A DNA stretch of 60,159 nucleotides. Source: Polyangiales bacterium. GTDB lineage: Bacteria; Myxococcota_A; Polyangia; Polyangiales; Polyangiaceae. Both the position numbers and the translations under genes were made by a program. Every line of letters starts with the position of its first letter. Positions within the stretch are counted from its first letter, which is position 1. The DNA is taken from positions 1-60,159 of the forward strand of contig JBBRLQ010000041.1 in the NCBI GenBank assembly GCA_038231275.1. The letters are read 5' to 3'. A model generated the notes under the pieces. The model had not been told where the DNA came from, did no database searches, and worked only from the letters and a program-made list of their open reading frames with translations. Positions 1 through 8,789 of the stretch are shown one piece after another.

Positions 1-212
1 ACTTCGGCGGCAAGAAGGCGGTCGCGACGGCGGCCGGTCTCTTCGACGGCGCGCAGTACGTCGCGGGCGCGATCGTCGCGCAGACGCTGGGGCGCGTGAT
101 CGACGCGTACGGCTGGAGCGCGTGGGGCATCAGTCAGGTGCCGTTCGCGATCCTCGGCGCCGTCCTGATCTCGACGCTCTGGAACGCGCGCCCGGGCAAG
201 TCGGCGCACTGA
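1..212 (+). CDS. MFS transporter, GlpT/OPA-like, C-terminal part (5' truncated by window)
   Basis: Frame from nt 3 reads FGGKKAVATAAGLFDGAQYVAGAIVAQTLGRVIDAYGWSAW...GKSAH*; last hydrophobic helices typical of organophosphate:Pi antiporters; TGA 210-212. Confidence 0.7.
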   Translation, partial: FGGKKAVATAAGLFDGAQYVAGAIVAQTLGRVIDAYGWSAWGISQVPFAILGAVLISTLWNARPGKSAH

Positions 213-245
213 AGCGCGCTTCTTTTCGGCCTCGATCTTGACTTC

Positions 246-262
246 TTGACGCGTTGCGTCAA
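246..262. promoter_or_regulatory. Perfect inverted repeat TTGACGC-N3-GCGTCAA, candidate operator overlapping a promoter (TTGACT 238-243)
   Basis: Sequence ttgacgcgttgcgtcaa, 24 nt upstream of ATG 287. Confidence 0.5.
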
Positions 263-286
263 TATGGAAGCTGGAGGTCACCGATC

Positions 287-598
287 ATGGAAACTCTGGC
301 TTCGAAGCTTCAAGAGACGCGCCTGTCCCTCGCGAGCACTGTTCGGTCCGAGAGCAAGCGCTGGCAGCACTACTTGGCGCAGCGCGCGACCGCGGTGAAG
401 ACCGATCTCACCGCGACGCTCAGCATGACGGCGATCGAGCGCGGCCTCCTCACGCGCGTGGACGCGTCACTCGTCGCGCTGGACGCACGCGTGCGCGCGC
501 GCCTCGACGCGCTGTCGAAGAAGAGGACGGCCAAGCGTGCTCGTGCGCGCAAGCCCCCCGTTCGAGCGGTCAAGTCGCACAGCGCCCTCGCGGCCTAG
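287..598 (+). CDS. Small helical hypothetical protein with basic C-terminal tail
   Basis: GGAGG at 273-277, ATG 287; METLASKLQE...KKRTAKRARARKPPVRAVK. Confidence 0.7.
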   Translation: METLASKLQETRLSLASTVRSESKRWQHYLAQRATAVKTDLTATLSMTAIERGLLTRVDASLVALDARVRARLDALSKKRTAKRARARKPPVRAVKSHSALAA

Positions 599-641
599 AC
601 CGAGGCGTAGATCGTTTCGGGCGCTCGTACGTCCGGGGGGT

Positions 642-2735
642 ATGCGCCCCGTCGTCGCCGCCGCTGTGCTCGCCGTCGCGTCCGCCGCCACCGTCTTCGC
701 CTGCCGGGGGACGCCGGAGCCGAAGGCGGCGCAGACGGTGACGCCTGCTCTGAACACGGCGACGACGGACGCAGGGGGACCTCCAGTGGTCGTGCAGCTC
801 GAAGGGGAGGAGCCGACGGGGAAGCTCGCGGCTTTTCGCGACGAAGACGATCTGCGCGCGGCGATGGATGCGTGGAAGAACGAGGAGACCGCGCGGCAGA
901 AGCGACCGTACCCGATGAAGGCGCCGGATCTCGACGCGGGTCCGCCGCCCGCCGTCACCGCGACCGCGATGCCGAAGCCCTCGGCCGCCCCGCCGTCGCC
1001 TTCACCGCAGCTGGCAGCCCCAGTCGCTCGCGCGAGCGCACACTCCGCCGGCAAGCCGGACGCCGCCAAGAGCGAGTCGATCACCAACAACCAGCACGGC
1101 AACGTCGACGAGGGGGACATCGTCAAACTCCACGGCGACCACCTCGTCGTGCTGCGCCGCGGGCGCCTCTTCACCCTCGCGCTCGACGGCGAGCGTGTTC
1201 AAAAGAGCGCGATGCTCGACGCGTTCGGCCCCGACATCGACCCGCGCGGCAGCTGGTACGACGAGATGCTCATCGAGGGCAACGATCTCGTCGTCGTCGG
1301 ATTCAGCTACGAGCGCGGCGGCACCGAGATCGGCCTCTTCAACATCGACGGCGCCGGCCACCTCACCTACCGCGCGACGTACCACCTGCGCTCGAACGAC
1401 TATTACTCGGCGCGCAACTACGCGAGCCGCATCGTCGACGGACGCCTCGTCTTCTACGCGCCCATGTACCTCTCGCCGTACGAAGCCGACGTCGGCGCGC
1501 ATTTTCCCGCGGTGCGGCGTTGGTCGCGCGGCGCGAAGGCCACGGACTTCACACGAACCTTGGCGGCGACGCGGCTCTATCACATGGAGGGCGAGTCGCT
1601 CGGCAGCAGCTACGCGGCGCTGCACACCGTGACGTCGTGCGATCTCCGATCGGATCGGCTCTCGTGCGAGTCGGTCGGCATGGTCGGGCCGCCGGGGCGC
1701 GTCTTCTACGTGTCGCCGACCAACGTGTACGTGTGGATGCAAGACTGGGCGGCGGCGCCCGGGACGAACGAACGACGCGCGCGTGGCGTCCTCGCGAAGC
1801 TTCCGCTCGCGCGCGGCGCCGGTGTCACGGCGATGCGGGTGTCGGGGATGCCGGTCGATCAGTTCTCGTTCGAAGAGGACGACGGCGGCTGGTTGAACGT
1901 CTTCGTTCGGTCGGAGGCGAACGGCGACGCGATGTGGGGGAGCGAGGACACCGAAGGAAAAGCCGCGCTCGTTCGCGTGCCGCTCGGGCTCTTCTCGGAC
2001 GGCGTGCCGGTCGCGTCGTCGCGCCGCTACCACGCGATGCCGCGTCCCGACGGCAACTCCGTCCAGAACCGCTTCGTCGGCCCGTGGCTCCTCTATGGCG
2101 CGGGGTACGGGTATTGGTATCCGCAGCAAGGGACCGGGCAGCTCCACGCCGTTCGGTACGCAGCTGCGCAGCCCGAGAACGAGGTCCGATCGATCCCGCT
2201 GAAGCAGAGCGTCGAGCGGATCGAACCGATGGGCGACAACGCGATGATCGTCGGCCGTCATGATCTCGACTTGGTCTTCTCGCCGCTCGAGCTCGCACGC
2301 GAACCGATCGCCCACACCGACTACGTCCGCAAGAACGCGTCGCAAGGCGAGACGCGGAGCCACGGATTTTTCTACAAGCCCACGGCGGGAAGCTCCAAGG
2401 ACGGCATCATCGGGCTGCCGATCCGGACGGACGGCACCGGCGCGTCGCGCTATCTGACCGAGGGCTCCGCGTCCGTGCTCTTCCTGCGGAACCAGAGCCT
2501 CGACGTCTCCGAGCTGGGCACCCTCGCCGCGAGGCCGATCCAGACGAACCACGACGGATGCCGAGCGTCGTGCGTCGACTGGTACGGCAACGCGCGGCCG
2601 ATCTTCGCGAAGGGCCGCGTCTTCGCGCTGATGGGCTACGAGCTCGTCGAGGGGAAGGTCGACGGCCGCCGCATGACCGAGCGCGCGCGCCTGTCCTTCG
2701 CGCCGCGCGGGGGACCGCCTGCGGACGACGAGTAA
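642..2735 (+). CDS. Secreted beta-propeller domain lipoprotein (Beta_propel-like)
   Basis: Signal/lipobox TVFAC, Pro-rich linker, motif ESITNNQHGNVDEGDIVK typical of the family. Confidence 0.75.
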   Translation: MRPVVAAAVLAVASAATVFACRGTPEPKAAQTVTPALNTATTDAGGPPVVVQLEGEEPTGKLAAFRDEDDLRAAMDAWKNEETARQKRPYPMKAPDLDAGPPPAVTATAMPKPSAAPPSPSPQLAAPVARASAHSAGKPDAAKSESITNNQHGNVDEGDIVKLHGDHLVVLRRGRLFTLALDGERVQKSAMLDAFGPDIDPRGSWYDEMLIEGNDLVVVGFSYERGGTEIGLFNIDGAGHLTYRATYHLRSNDYYSARNYASRIVDGRLVFYAPMYLSPYEADVGAHFPAVRRWSRGAKATDFTRTLAATRLYHMEGESLGSSYAALHTVTSCDLRSDRLSCESVGMVGPPGRVFYVSPTNVYVWMQDWAAAPGTNERRARGVLAKLPLARGAGVTAMRVSGMPVDQFSFEEDDGGWLNVFVRSEANGDAMWGSEDTEGKAALVRVPLGLFSDGVPVASSRRYHAMPRPDGNSVQNRFVGPWLLYGAGYGYWYPQQGTGQLHAVRYAAAQPENEVRSIPLKQSVERIEPMGDNAMIVGRHDLDLVFSPLELAREPIAHTDYVRKNASQGETRSHGFFYKPTAGSSKDGIIGLPIRTDGTGASRYLTEGSASVLFLRNQSLDVSELGTLAARPIQTNHDGCRASCVDWYGNARPIFAKGRVFALMGYELVEGKVDGRRMTERARLSFAPRGGPPADDE

Positions 2736-2763
2736 GCGCGGTCTGCTGATACGCTCGGCGGCG

Positions 2764-3501
2764 ATGAGGTCGCGCGCTTGCTCGTTGGCGTTCGTGATCG
2801 CGTGCGCGACCGCGTGCGGGGCGACGCAGGAGGCCGCCCCGAAGGTGGCTCCTCCGAGCGTGGGGCCCGGGCGCATGGGCGTGCACGGCATGATCGTCTT
2901 CGGCGAGAAGCGCGTGTTCATGTCGCACATCCCGATGCTCCGCGCGCCGCACGACGCGCAGATCGTCCTCGAGGTGGAGGTCCCGGGCCGCCGCGCGTCC
3001 TACTCGGACGGTCTCTATACGTTCGAGCCGGAGCGCTTCCAACTCGACGCGCTCGTCGCGGGAGAGAAAAAGGAGATCACCGGCACGATCTACAAGGGGA
3101 GCTTCGAGGACGGCGGCACCCCGCTCGCGAAGGACGTGCGCGTGAAGGTCGTGCGCGTCGTGGTGTCGCGCGTCCCCATCGATCGCGATCCGGCAGGGCC
3201 GGCGCCCACGTACTGGCTCGTCGGCGAGCGCGACGACGCGTACCTCGTCCACGTCGTGGGACGCGCGCCGAGCTTCGATCAGATCGTGCGCGCGCGCGTG
3301 ACGGGCGGCGATCTCATCGACGATACGCTCCTTGCCCGCGGCAAAACGACCACGCTCGAGGGGCGCGCGGACGATCTCGCCGGCCGCGCGCTCCCGGGGG
3401 TGACGCTCCGCGCCGTGGGGCGCGGCGGCATGTTCGACGTGCAGCCGATCGCGGAGCTGTCGTGCCTCGTCGGTCCCGACTTCGACAAGCCCTGCAAGTA
3501 G
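2764..3501 (+). CDS. Hypothetical lipoprotein
   Basis: Signal ending ATAC; conserved-looking His-rich core GVHGMIVFG..MSHIPMLRAPHDAQ. Confidence 0.7.
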   Translation: MRSRACSLAFVIACATACGATQEAAPKVAPPSVGPGRMGVHGMIVFGEKRVFMSHIPMLRAPHDAQIVLEVEVPGRRASYSDGLYTFEPERFQLDALVAGEKKEITGTIYKGSFEDGGTPLAKDVRVKVVRVVVSRVPIDRDPAGPAPTYWLVGERDDAYLVHVVGRAPSFDQIVRARVTGGDLIDDTLLARGKTTTLEGRADDLAGRALPGVTLRAVGRGGMFDVQPIAELSCLVGPDFDKPCK

Positions 3502-3523
3502 ACCCGCAGGTAAGCCTGCAAGT
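3488..3523 (+). repeat. Three imperfect 12-bp tandem units spanning a stop codon
   Basis: AGCCCTGCAAGT / AGACCCGCAGGT / AAGCCTGCAAGT. Confidence 0.55.
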
Positions 3524-3548
3524 CCGCTTTGCACGTCGAGCGGCGCCG

Positions 3549-4007
3549 CTAGCGCGGGAGGAGACCCGACGGCTGCGGGCCACCGCCTAGCGCGCCGCGC
3601 GTCTGGTTCCATGTTTGGACCATGCCCTCGGCGGCAGGGAAATTCCCCTTCATCCAGAATCGACCCAGCACCACCGTCTTCGTGAAGCCGCGCGCCTGCG
3701 AGCGGACCGCGAGGTTCTTGTTGAAGATGCCCCAGCCGAGCTGCGTGCGATCGATCTCGTGCCATCCCAGCGAGTCGACCTTCTTCGCCGCGAACCCGCT
3801 GAAGAGCCCGCCGTGCTGGACGAACAGGAGCCGGCGATCGGTCGCCGCCACGAGGTAGTTGCGCCAGAACAGGCTGCCGAAGCGCGAGAAGATGCGCGAG
3901 TACCACGGCTTCTCGACGCCGCGCGCACGGAAGAGGAGCTGCTCGTTGGGGGCGAGCTGGGGCGTGAGCAGGGACATCGCGTGCTTCTCGTTGAAACTGA
4001 ATGCCAT
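3549..4007 (-). CDS. Hypothetical protein, possible bacterial PH-like fold
   Basis: GGAGG upstream of ATG 4007; LAPNEQLLF..YLVAATDRRLLFV pattern resembles bPH domains. Confidence 0.65.
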   Translation of the reverse strand: MAFSFNEKHAMSLLTPQLAPNEQLLFRARGVEKPWYSRIFSRFGSLFWRNYLVAATDRRLLFVQHGGLFSGFAAKKVDSLGWHEIDRTQLGWGIFNKNLAVRSQARGFTKTVVLGRFWMKGNFPAAEGMVQTWNQTRGALGGGPQPSGLLPR

Positions 4008-4097
4008 GGGGCTTCCTCCGGGTTGGCGACGGCTTTTCGCGTCGCGGTTGCCGGGGGAGAGACGGAAGGGGTCCGTCAATGGCGCATCAAAGGGGCG

Positions 4098-4877
4098 TCA
4101 AAGTCGCGAGGAGCCGTCGGCGCAGCAGCGGAAACCAGTCGAATAGTCCTTGTACGCGGCGTCGTGGGCGGTCGTGCGGTAGGTGCAACCGTCGCCGTTG
4201 AGGCGCGTGTCGAGGTAGTAGCCGCCGCGGAAGGTGCCGGCGGGATCGTCGACCCACTCGTGCAGGTTGCCGACCATGTCGAAGACGCCGTAGTCGTTCG
4301 TGCACAGCCGGTGCGCGCCGCCACGCGCGACGGTGTCGGGCTGCTGGTTGAGGCGCGGATCGTTCATCGGATCGCCTTCGAAGGCCTTGAGGCCCTCGGC
4401 GGCGTGGAGGCGGATGAGCGGGGATTTTCCGTCGTCGTTGCAGTAGCCCACCTTGCGATCGTCGCCGTACGGGAAGCGCGTGTGCTTGCGGCCGCGGCAG
4501 GCGGCGACCCACTCGTCCTCGGTGCAGAGGCGCTTGCCGGAGGCCTTGCACGCGGACTGGGCTTCGATCTCCGAGATGTAGCCCTGCGGGACGGCTCCTT
4601 CTTCGGAGACGGCGCGCACGTGGCGGCCGGTCACGGCTTCGTACGGCGAGAACGGCGCGTCGCTCTTCGACGTGGACTCGACGAGCGACGCTTCGTAGGC
4701 GTCGATGCAGAACGGCGCGGGCGATTTCGCGTTGCCGGGGTGAGCCGCGGGCTCGGGCGCGATGTGCACCATGCCGCGCGGACAACCGCCGCCATGCGGG
4801 CCGCGCGCGGGACCACACGCCGCGATGACGAGCGTGACGAGCGTGACGGCGAGAGCCAGGACAGGCGTCCTCCGCAT
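4098..4877 (-). CDS. SUMF1/EgtB/PvdO (FGE-sulfatase) family lipoprotein
   Basis: Lipobox VIAAC; CPRGMVHI, FCIDAYEA, GKRLCTEDEWVAACRG, YGVFDMVGNLHEW; alternative ATG 4889. Confidence 0.85.
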   Translation of the reverse strand: MRRTPVLALAVTLVTLVIAACGPARGPHGGGCPRGMVHIAPEPAAHPGNAKSPAPFCIDAYEASLVESTSKSDAPFSPYEAVTGRHVRAVSEEGAVPQGYISEIEAQSACKASGKRLCTEDEWVAACRGRKHTRFPYGDDRKVGYCNDDGKSPLIRLHAAEGLKAFEGDPMNDPRLNQQPDTVARGGAHRLCTNDYGVFDMVGNLHEWVDDPAGTFRGGYYLDTRLNGDGCTYRTTAHDAAYKDYSTGFRCCADGSSRL

Positions 4878-4905
4878 GGATGGTTCCATGATACGGCGGG
4901 ATGGG

Positions 4906-7272
4906 TCATGCGCGAAGGATCGGTGTTTTCGGATCGAGCGCGTAGCCGTCGGGGCCCGTGACGATCGGGAGCCCGAGCTTCCGGAGCGTCGAGACGGCGA
5001 CGCGCACGCGATGGGCACCGGCGGCCGCCAGGATTTTTTCGCCGGGCCACGCCGCGTCTTGCAGCGCGCGCGAGGCGAGCGGGGCGCCGGGACGTTCGAG
5101 GCGCTCCATCGCGAGGCGCTCGACGAGGAGCGCGAGCGGACGCCTGCGCTCGAGGCCGACCCGCGCGCCGCGCGGCGCACGGAACCACGCCCCCGCGGAC
5201 GCCACGACCAGCGCTTCCTCCGAGGGCGGCGGCGGAGCGCTGGACGGCGACGCCAGCGCCTCGAGGTGCTGCAGGAAGAGGCGCGCGTTCGCTCCGAGCG
5301 CGAGCTCGCCCAGCGCGGCGCACGCGGACGAGAGGCGCGCGTGCGATTCGGCGATTTTGCCTTCCTCGCTCGCCAGCACGCCCAGGTGGCCCTCCGCCGT
5401 CGCCGCGAGCGCCGTGAAGCCAAGCTCCGCGAAGCTCGCCGCGGCGCCTTCGAACGACGCGCGGGCGGCGGGCCGACGACCCGCGCGCTGTTCGACGAGA
5501 CCGAGCTGCATCCGCGCGAGCGCCGCGCCGCGCGTGCTCTTCTGCGCAAGCGACGCCGCGAGGCTCTCCTCGATGACGGTGCGCGCGACCGCGAGACGAC
5601 CAGCTGCCATCTCGAGCTCACCGAGGCTCCGAAGATCCTCCGCCCGCGCGGCCGGGTCGTCCGCATGCGCGGCGATCGCTCGTGCAAGAAGGGCGCGGGC
5701 TTCGTCGACGCGCCCGACGCGCGAGAGCAGCGCCGCGAGGCTCGCGTGCGCGCGCGCTTCTTCGCCAACGTCGCCGGCCCCCGCGTGGAGCTCCGCGGCG
5801 CGACGAAAATGGTCTTCTGCGGAGGCGAGATCGCCGGCGTCCTCGAGCGCATGCGCGAGCTCGACGGTCGCGCGCGCCTCGAGCGACGCGTTCGCGACCG
5901 TTCGCGCGATGCCGAGCGCTTGCACGAGATCCCGCGCCCCCTTCGCGGCGGCGCCACGGTGCCGATGGAGCGCTCCTCGTACGAGAAGAACCTGGGCGAC
6001 GAGCGCAGGGTCGGCCCCCGACCCACGCGTCGCCGCGAGGGCTGGATCCACGAGGATTTCGTACGCGCGCAGCGGTCCGTGCGCGAAGAGGAGCGGCGCG
6101 AGCGCGAGGAGGGCCCGAAGCGCCGGCTCGGCCGCGCGCGCCGAGACGGTCCCCGCATGCGCGACGCGCTCGATGACCGCGAGCAAGTTCTCACGTTCGG
6201 CGAGCAGACGCGCGCGTCCCTCCTCCCCGCGCGCGAGCTCTGCGGCAAAGGTGGCGTAGTGCGTCGCATGACGCGCTTCTGCTTCGGGCCGGGCGTCCGG
6301 TGTCTCGTCGAGCTTCTGCGCCGCGAACGCGCGAAGGGACAGGTACATGTCGAGACGCACCTCCCCGTTCGCGTCCTCCCTTCCGAGGAGGAGCGACTTG
6401 TCGCGAAGTCGCGAGACGACGTCGATCACCGCGCGCCCTCCCGCGGGGCTCGTGAGCACCGCCTCGGCGGCGTCGATCGCGAACCCACCGCGAAAGACCG
6501 ACGCGCCGGCGAGCGCGCGCCGCTCGTCCTCGTCGAGCGAGCTCCACGCCCCTTCGAGCGCGCGCGCGAGGCCGTCGCGGACACCCGGCGCCCCGCTGCG
6601 AACGCGATGCAAGAGCGCGCGCGCCCCCATCACCGAGAGCCGGGACGCCGCAAGCTCGATCGCGAGCGGCACGCCCTCGAGCTCGCGCACGATTTCCGCG
6701 ATCGCCTCGCGGTCGGCGTCGCTCGGCGCCCACCCCGCGCGGATGCGCTGCGCGGAGGTCACGAACAGCTCCTCCGCCTCCGGCAGCGGCCCGAGCTCGT
6801 GCACCACCTCGCCGGGGAGGCGTGTCCGCTCGCGCGACGCGACGACGAGCACGAGCTCTGGATCCGCCGCGAGCCACCGGCCGAGCGTCGCCTCCGCATG
6901 CGCCGCGAGCCGATCGAAGCCGTCGAGGACGACGAGCCCTTCCCCACGCGTGGCGAGCGTTCGACCGATGCGCCCGACGGGATCGCCGGCGCCTTCTTCG
7001 TCGCCGAGACCGAGCGCGCGCCCGACGGCGTCGCAGAGGCCCGCGATGTCCGCGACGTCCGACAGCTCCACGACGCTCGCGGCCGACGCCTCGTCACGGG
7101 CGCGCGCGATCTCCAGCGCCACGCGCGTCTTGCCGATGCCGCTCGGGCCCGTGATGGTGACCACCCGCGCGCCTTCGTCGATCCACCGCCCGATCGCCGC
7201 GACGTCCTCGGCGCGCCCGATGAGGGGCACGCGCGGCGCGGCGAGCAGAGAGGAGGGGCGGACCGAAGGCAT
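4906..7272 (-). CDS. STAND (NB-ARC-like) ATPase with TPR repeats and C-terminal winged-helix domain
   Basis: LIGRAED, Walker A GPSGIGKT, LVVLDGF, LEGVPLAIELAA, TPR-like helices, C-terminal AWPGEK..RVRVAVSTLRKLGL. Confidence 0.85.
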   Translation of the reverse strand: MPSVRPSSLLAAPRVPLIGRAEDVAAIGRWIDEGARVVTITGPSGIGKTRVALEIARARDEASAASVVELSDVADIAGLCDAVGRALGLGDEEGAGDPVGRIGRTLATRGEGLVVLDGFDRLAAHAEATLGRWLAADPELVLVVASRERTRLPGEVVHELGPLPEAEELFVTSAQRIRAGWAPSDADREAIAEIVRELEGVPLAIELAASRLSVMGARALLHRVRSGAPGVRDGLARALEGAWSSLDEDERRALAGASVFRGGFAIDAAEAVLTSPAGGRAVIDVVSRLRDKSLLLGREDANGEVRLDMYLSLRAFAAQKLDETPDARPEAEARHATHYATFAAELARGEEGRARLLAERENLLAVIERVAHAGTVSARAAEPALRALLALAPLLFAHGPLRAYEILVDPALAATRGSGADPALVAQVLLVRGALHRHRGAAAKGARDLVQALGIARTVANASLEARATVELAHALEDAGDLASAEDHFRRAAELHAGAGDVGEEARAHASLAALLSRVGRVDEARALLARAIAAHADDPAARAEDLRSLGELEMAAGRLAVARTVIEESLAASLAQKSTRGAALARMQLGLVEQRAGRRPAARASFEGAAASFAELGFTALAATAEGHLGVLASEEGKIAESHARLSSACAALGELALGANARLFLQHLEALASPSSAPPPPSEEALVVASAGAWFRAPRGARVGLERRRPLALLVERLAMERLERPGAPLASRALQDAAWPGEKILAAAGAHRVRVAVSTLRKLGLPIVTGPDGYALDPKTPILRA

Positions 7273-7361
7273 TTCCGCGAGAGTACCGCGGGTCCCGGCC
7301 TGGCGCGCGATCGTCGCCAGGAACGGGCACATCGCGACGCCTGAGGTAGGATGACCCCGCG

Positions 7362-8777
7362 ATGCGCCTGCGTTTCGACCGCTACAAGGAGGTCCACGGC
7401 CGACTCCAGTGGACGTCGATCCTGCTCCTCACCGGCGGCGGCCTCGGCGTGGCGCTCGGCAGCTTCTCGGCGTGGATCGGCCTCCTCATGTTCTTCATGA
7501 CGGACGGCGGCATCTGGGAGCGTCGCGCGGGGGTCTTCCTCGCGGTCTTCACCGGCGTCTTCCCGCTAGGGATCGGGGCGCTCATGATCTGGCGCGGCGT
7601 CCTGCGGCGGCGCGAGCTCCGGACGCTGCGCGATCTCGCGGCGCTGGCGCGGCAGTCGGCGGCGTTCTCGGCGGAGGACGTCGCGCGCGTGCTCGACGTC
7701 GGACCTGCGCACGCGCACCGCGTCGTCCTCGACACGATGACCAAAGGGATCCTGGAGGACGGCCCTCCGGCGACGCCCGCACCTGCACCTGCACACGGTC
7801 CTGCGGCGGCGGCGATGGCGCCCCCAGCGCCGGCCGATCCGATGGCGCGAACGGTCGCGGCGTCTCCGTCCGGACCGCCGGCCTCTCCCGATCCATGGCT
7901 CGGCACCGTTCTCCACGGCACCTACCGCATCGAGGGCCGCGTCGGCGCCGGGGGCATGGGCATGGTGTACCGCGCGCTTCATCTTCGCACCGGCCGGAAG
8001 TACGCGGTCAAGACGCTCCTGCCCGACGCGCGGCTCCAGCCCGATGCGCTCCGTCGCTTCGAACGCGAGGCCACCGCCGCCAGCGCCCTCGGCCACCCGA
8101 ACATCATCGGCGTCCACGACTTCAACGTCACGCAGGAGGGGACCTATTACCTCGTGATGGACTTGCTCGAGGGCGAGACCCTCGAGCACCGCCTCGGGCG
8201 CGTCGGCAGCCTGCCGTGGCCGGACGCGCGGCGTGTCGTGCTGGAGCTCGGCGCGGGCCTCGCCGCGGCGCACGCGCACGGTCTCCTTCATCGCGACGTG
8301 AAGCCGGCGAACGTCTTCCTCGCACGTGCCGCAGGACCCGGTGAGGCCGCGGAGCGCGCGGTGCTCCTCGATTTCGGCCTCGTGAAGCCGATGGACGACG
8401 CGGCGATCTCGCGCATCACGGTGACCGGCGCGGCGGTGGGCACGCCGATGTACATGTCCCCCGAGCAGGCGCGCGGCGACGCGGTGGATGCGCGAAGCGA
8501 CGTGTACGGGCTTGCCGCGGTGCTGTTCGAAGTCGTAACGGGCTCGCCTCCATTCCTCGATCGCACCCTCGCCAGCGTCTACGCGCGCCTCCTCACGACG
8601 CCCGCGCCCGCCGCAAGCAGCGTCGCCGATCACCCGATCCCGCCGGAGCTCGACGCGGTGCTGGCCCGCGCGCTCGCGAAGTCGCCGGCCGAGCGCTTCT
8701 CCGACGTCCCTTCGCTCCTGACGGCGATCGCGGCGATCGGCGTCGCGTCGCCTCCCGCGCTCGCGGCGGTTCGCTGA
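7362..8777 (+). CDS. Ser/Thr protein kinase with two N-terminal TM helices
   Basis: GAGGMGMVY, YAVK, HRDVKPAN, DFG, GTPMYMSPE; hydrophobic segments near residues 20-80. Confidence 0.92.
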   Translation: MRLRFDRYKEVHGRLQWTSILLLTGGGLGVALGSFSAWIGLLMFFMTDGGIWERRAGVFLAVFTGVFPLGIGALMIWRGVLRRRELRTLRDLAALARQSAAFSAEDVARVLDVGPAHAHRVVLDTMTKGILEDGPPATPAPAPAHGPAAAAMAPPAPADPMARTVAASPSGPPASPDPWLGTVLHGTYRIEGRVGAGGMGMVYRALHLRTGRKYAVKTLLPDARLQPDALRRFEREATAASALGHPNIIGVHDFNVTQEGTYYLVMDLLEGETLEHRLGRVGSLPWPDARRVVLELGAGLAAAHAHGLLHRDVKPANVFLARAAGPGEAAERAVLLDFGLVKPMDDAAISRITVTGAAVGTPMYMSPEQARGDAVDARSDVYGLAAVLFEVVTGSPPFLDRTLASVYARLLTTPAPAASSVADHPIPPELDAVLARALAKSPAERFSDVPSLLTAIAAIGVASPPALAAVR

Positions 8778-8789
8778 TCTGCCTCGGAA

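Noticed and set aside
246..262. FNR/CRP box
   Set aside because: Spacing is N7 between TTGAC and GTCAA, not TTGAT-N4-ATCAA
4906..7272. Avs-type antiphage STAND defence system
   Set aside because: No nuclease, SIR2, TIR or protease effector domain and no defence-island context; looks like a regulator
4762..7344. Very long alternative-frame and antisense ORFs throughout (e.g. 860 aa here, 14055-16175, 20156-22711, 42686-45085)
   Set aside because: Arg/Ala-rich shadows of real genes, expected at high GC with strong codon bias; no family motifs
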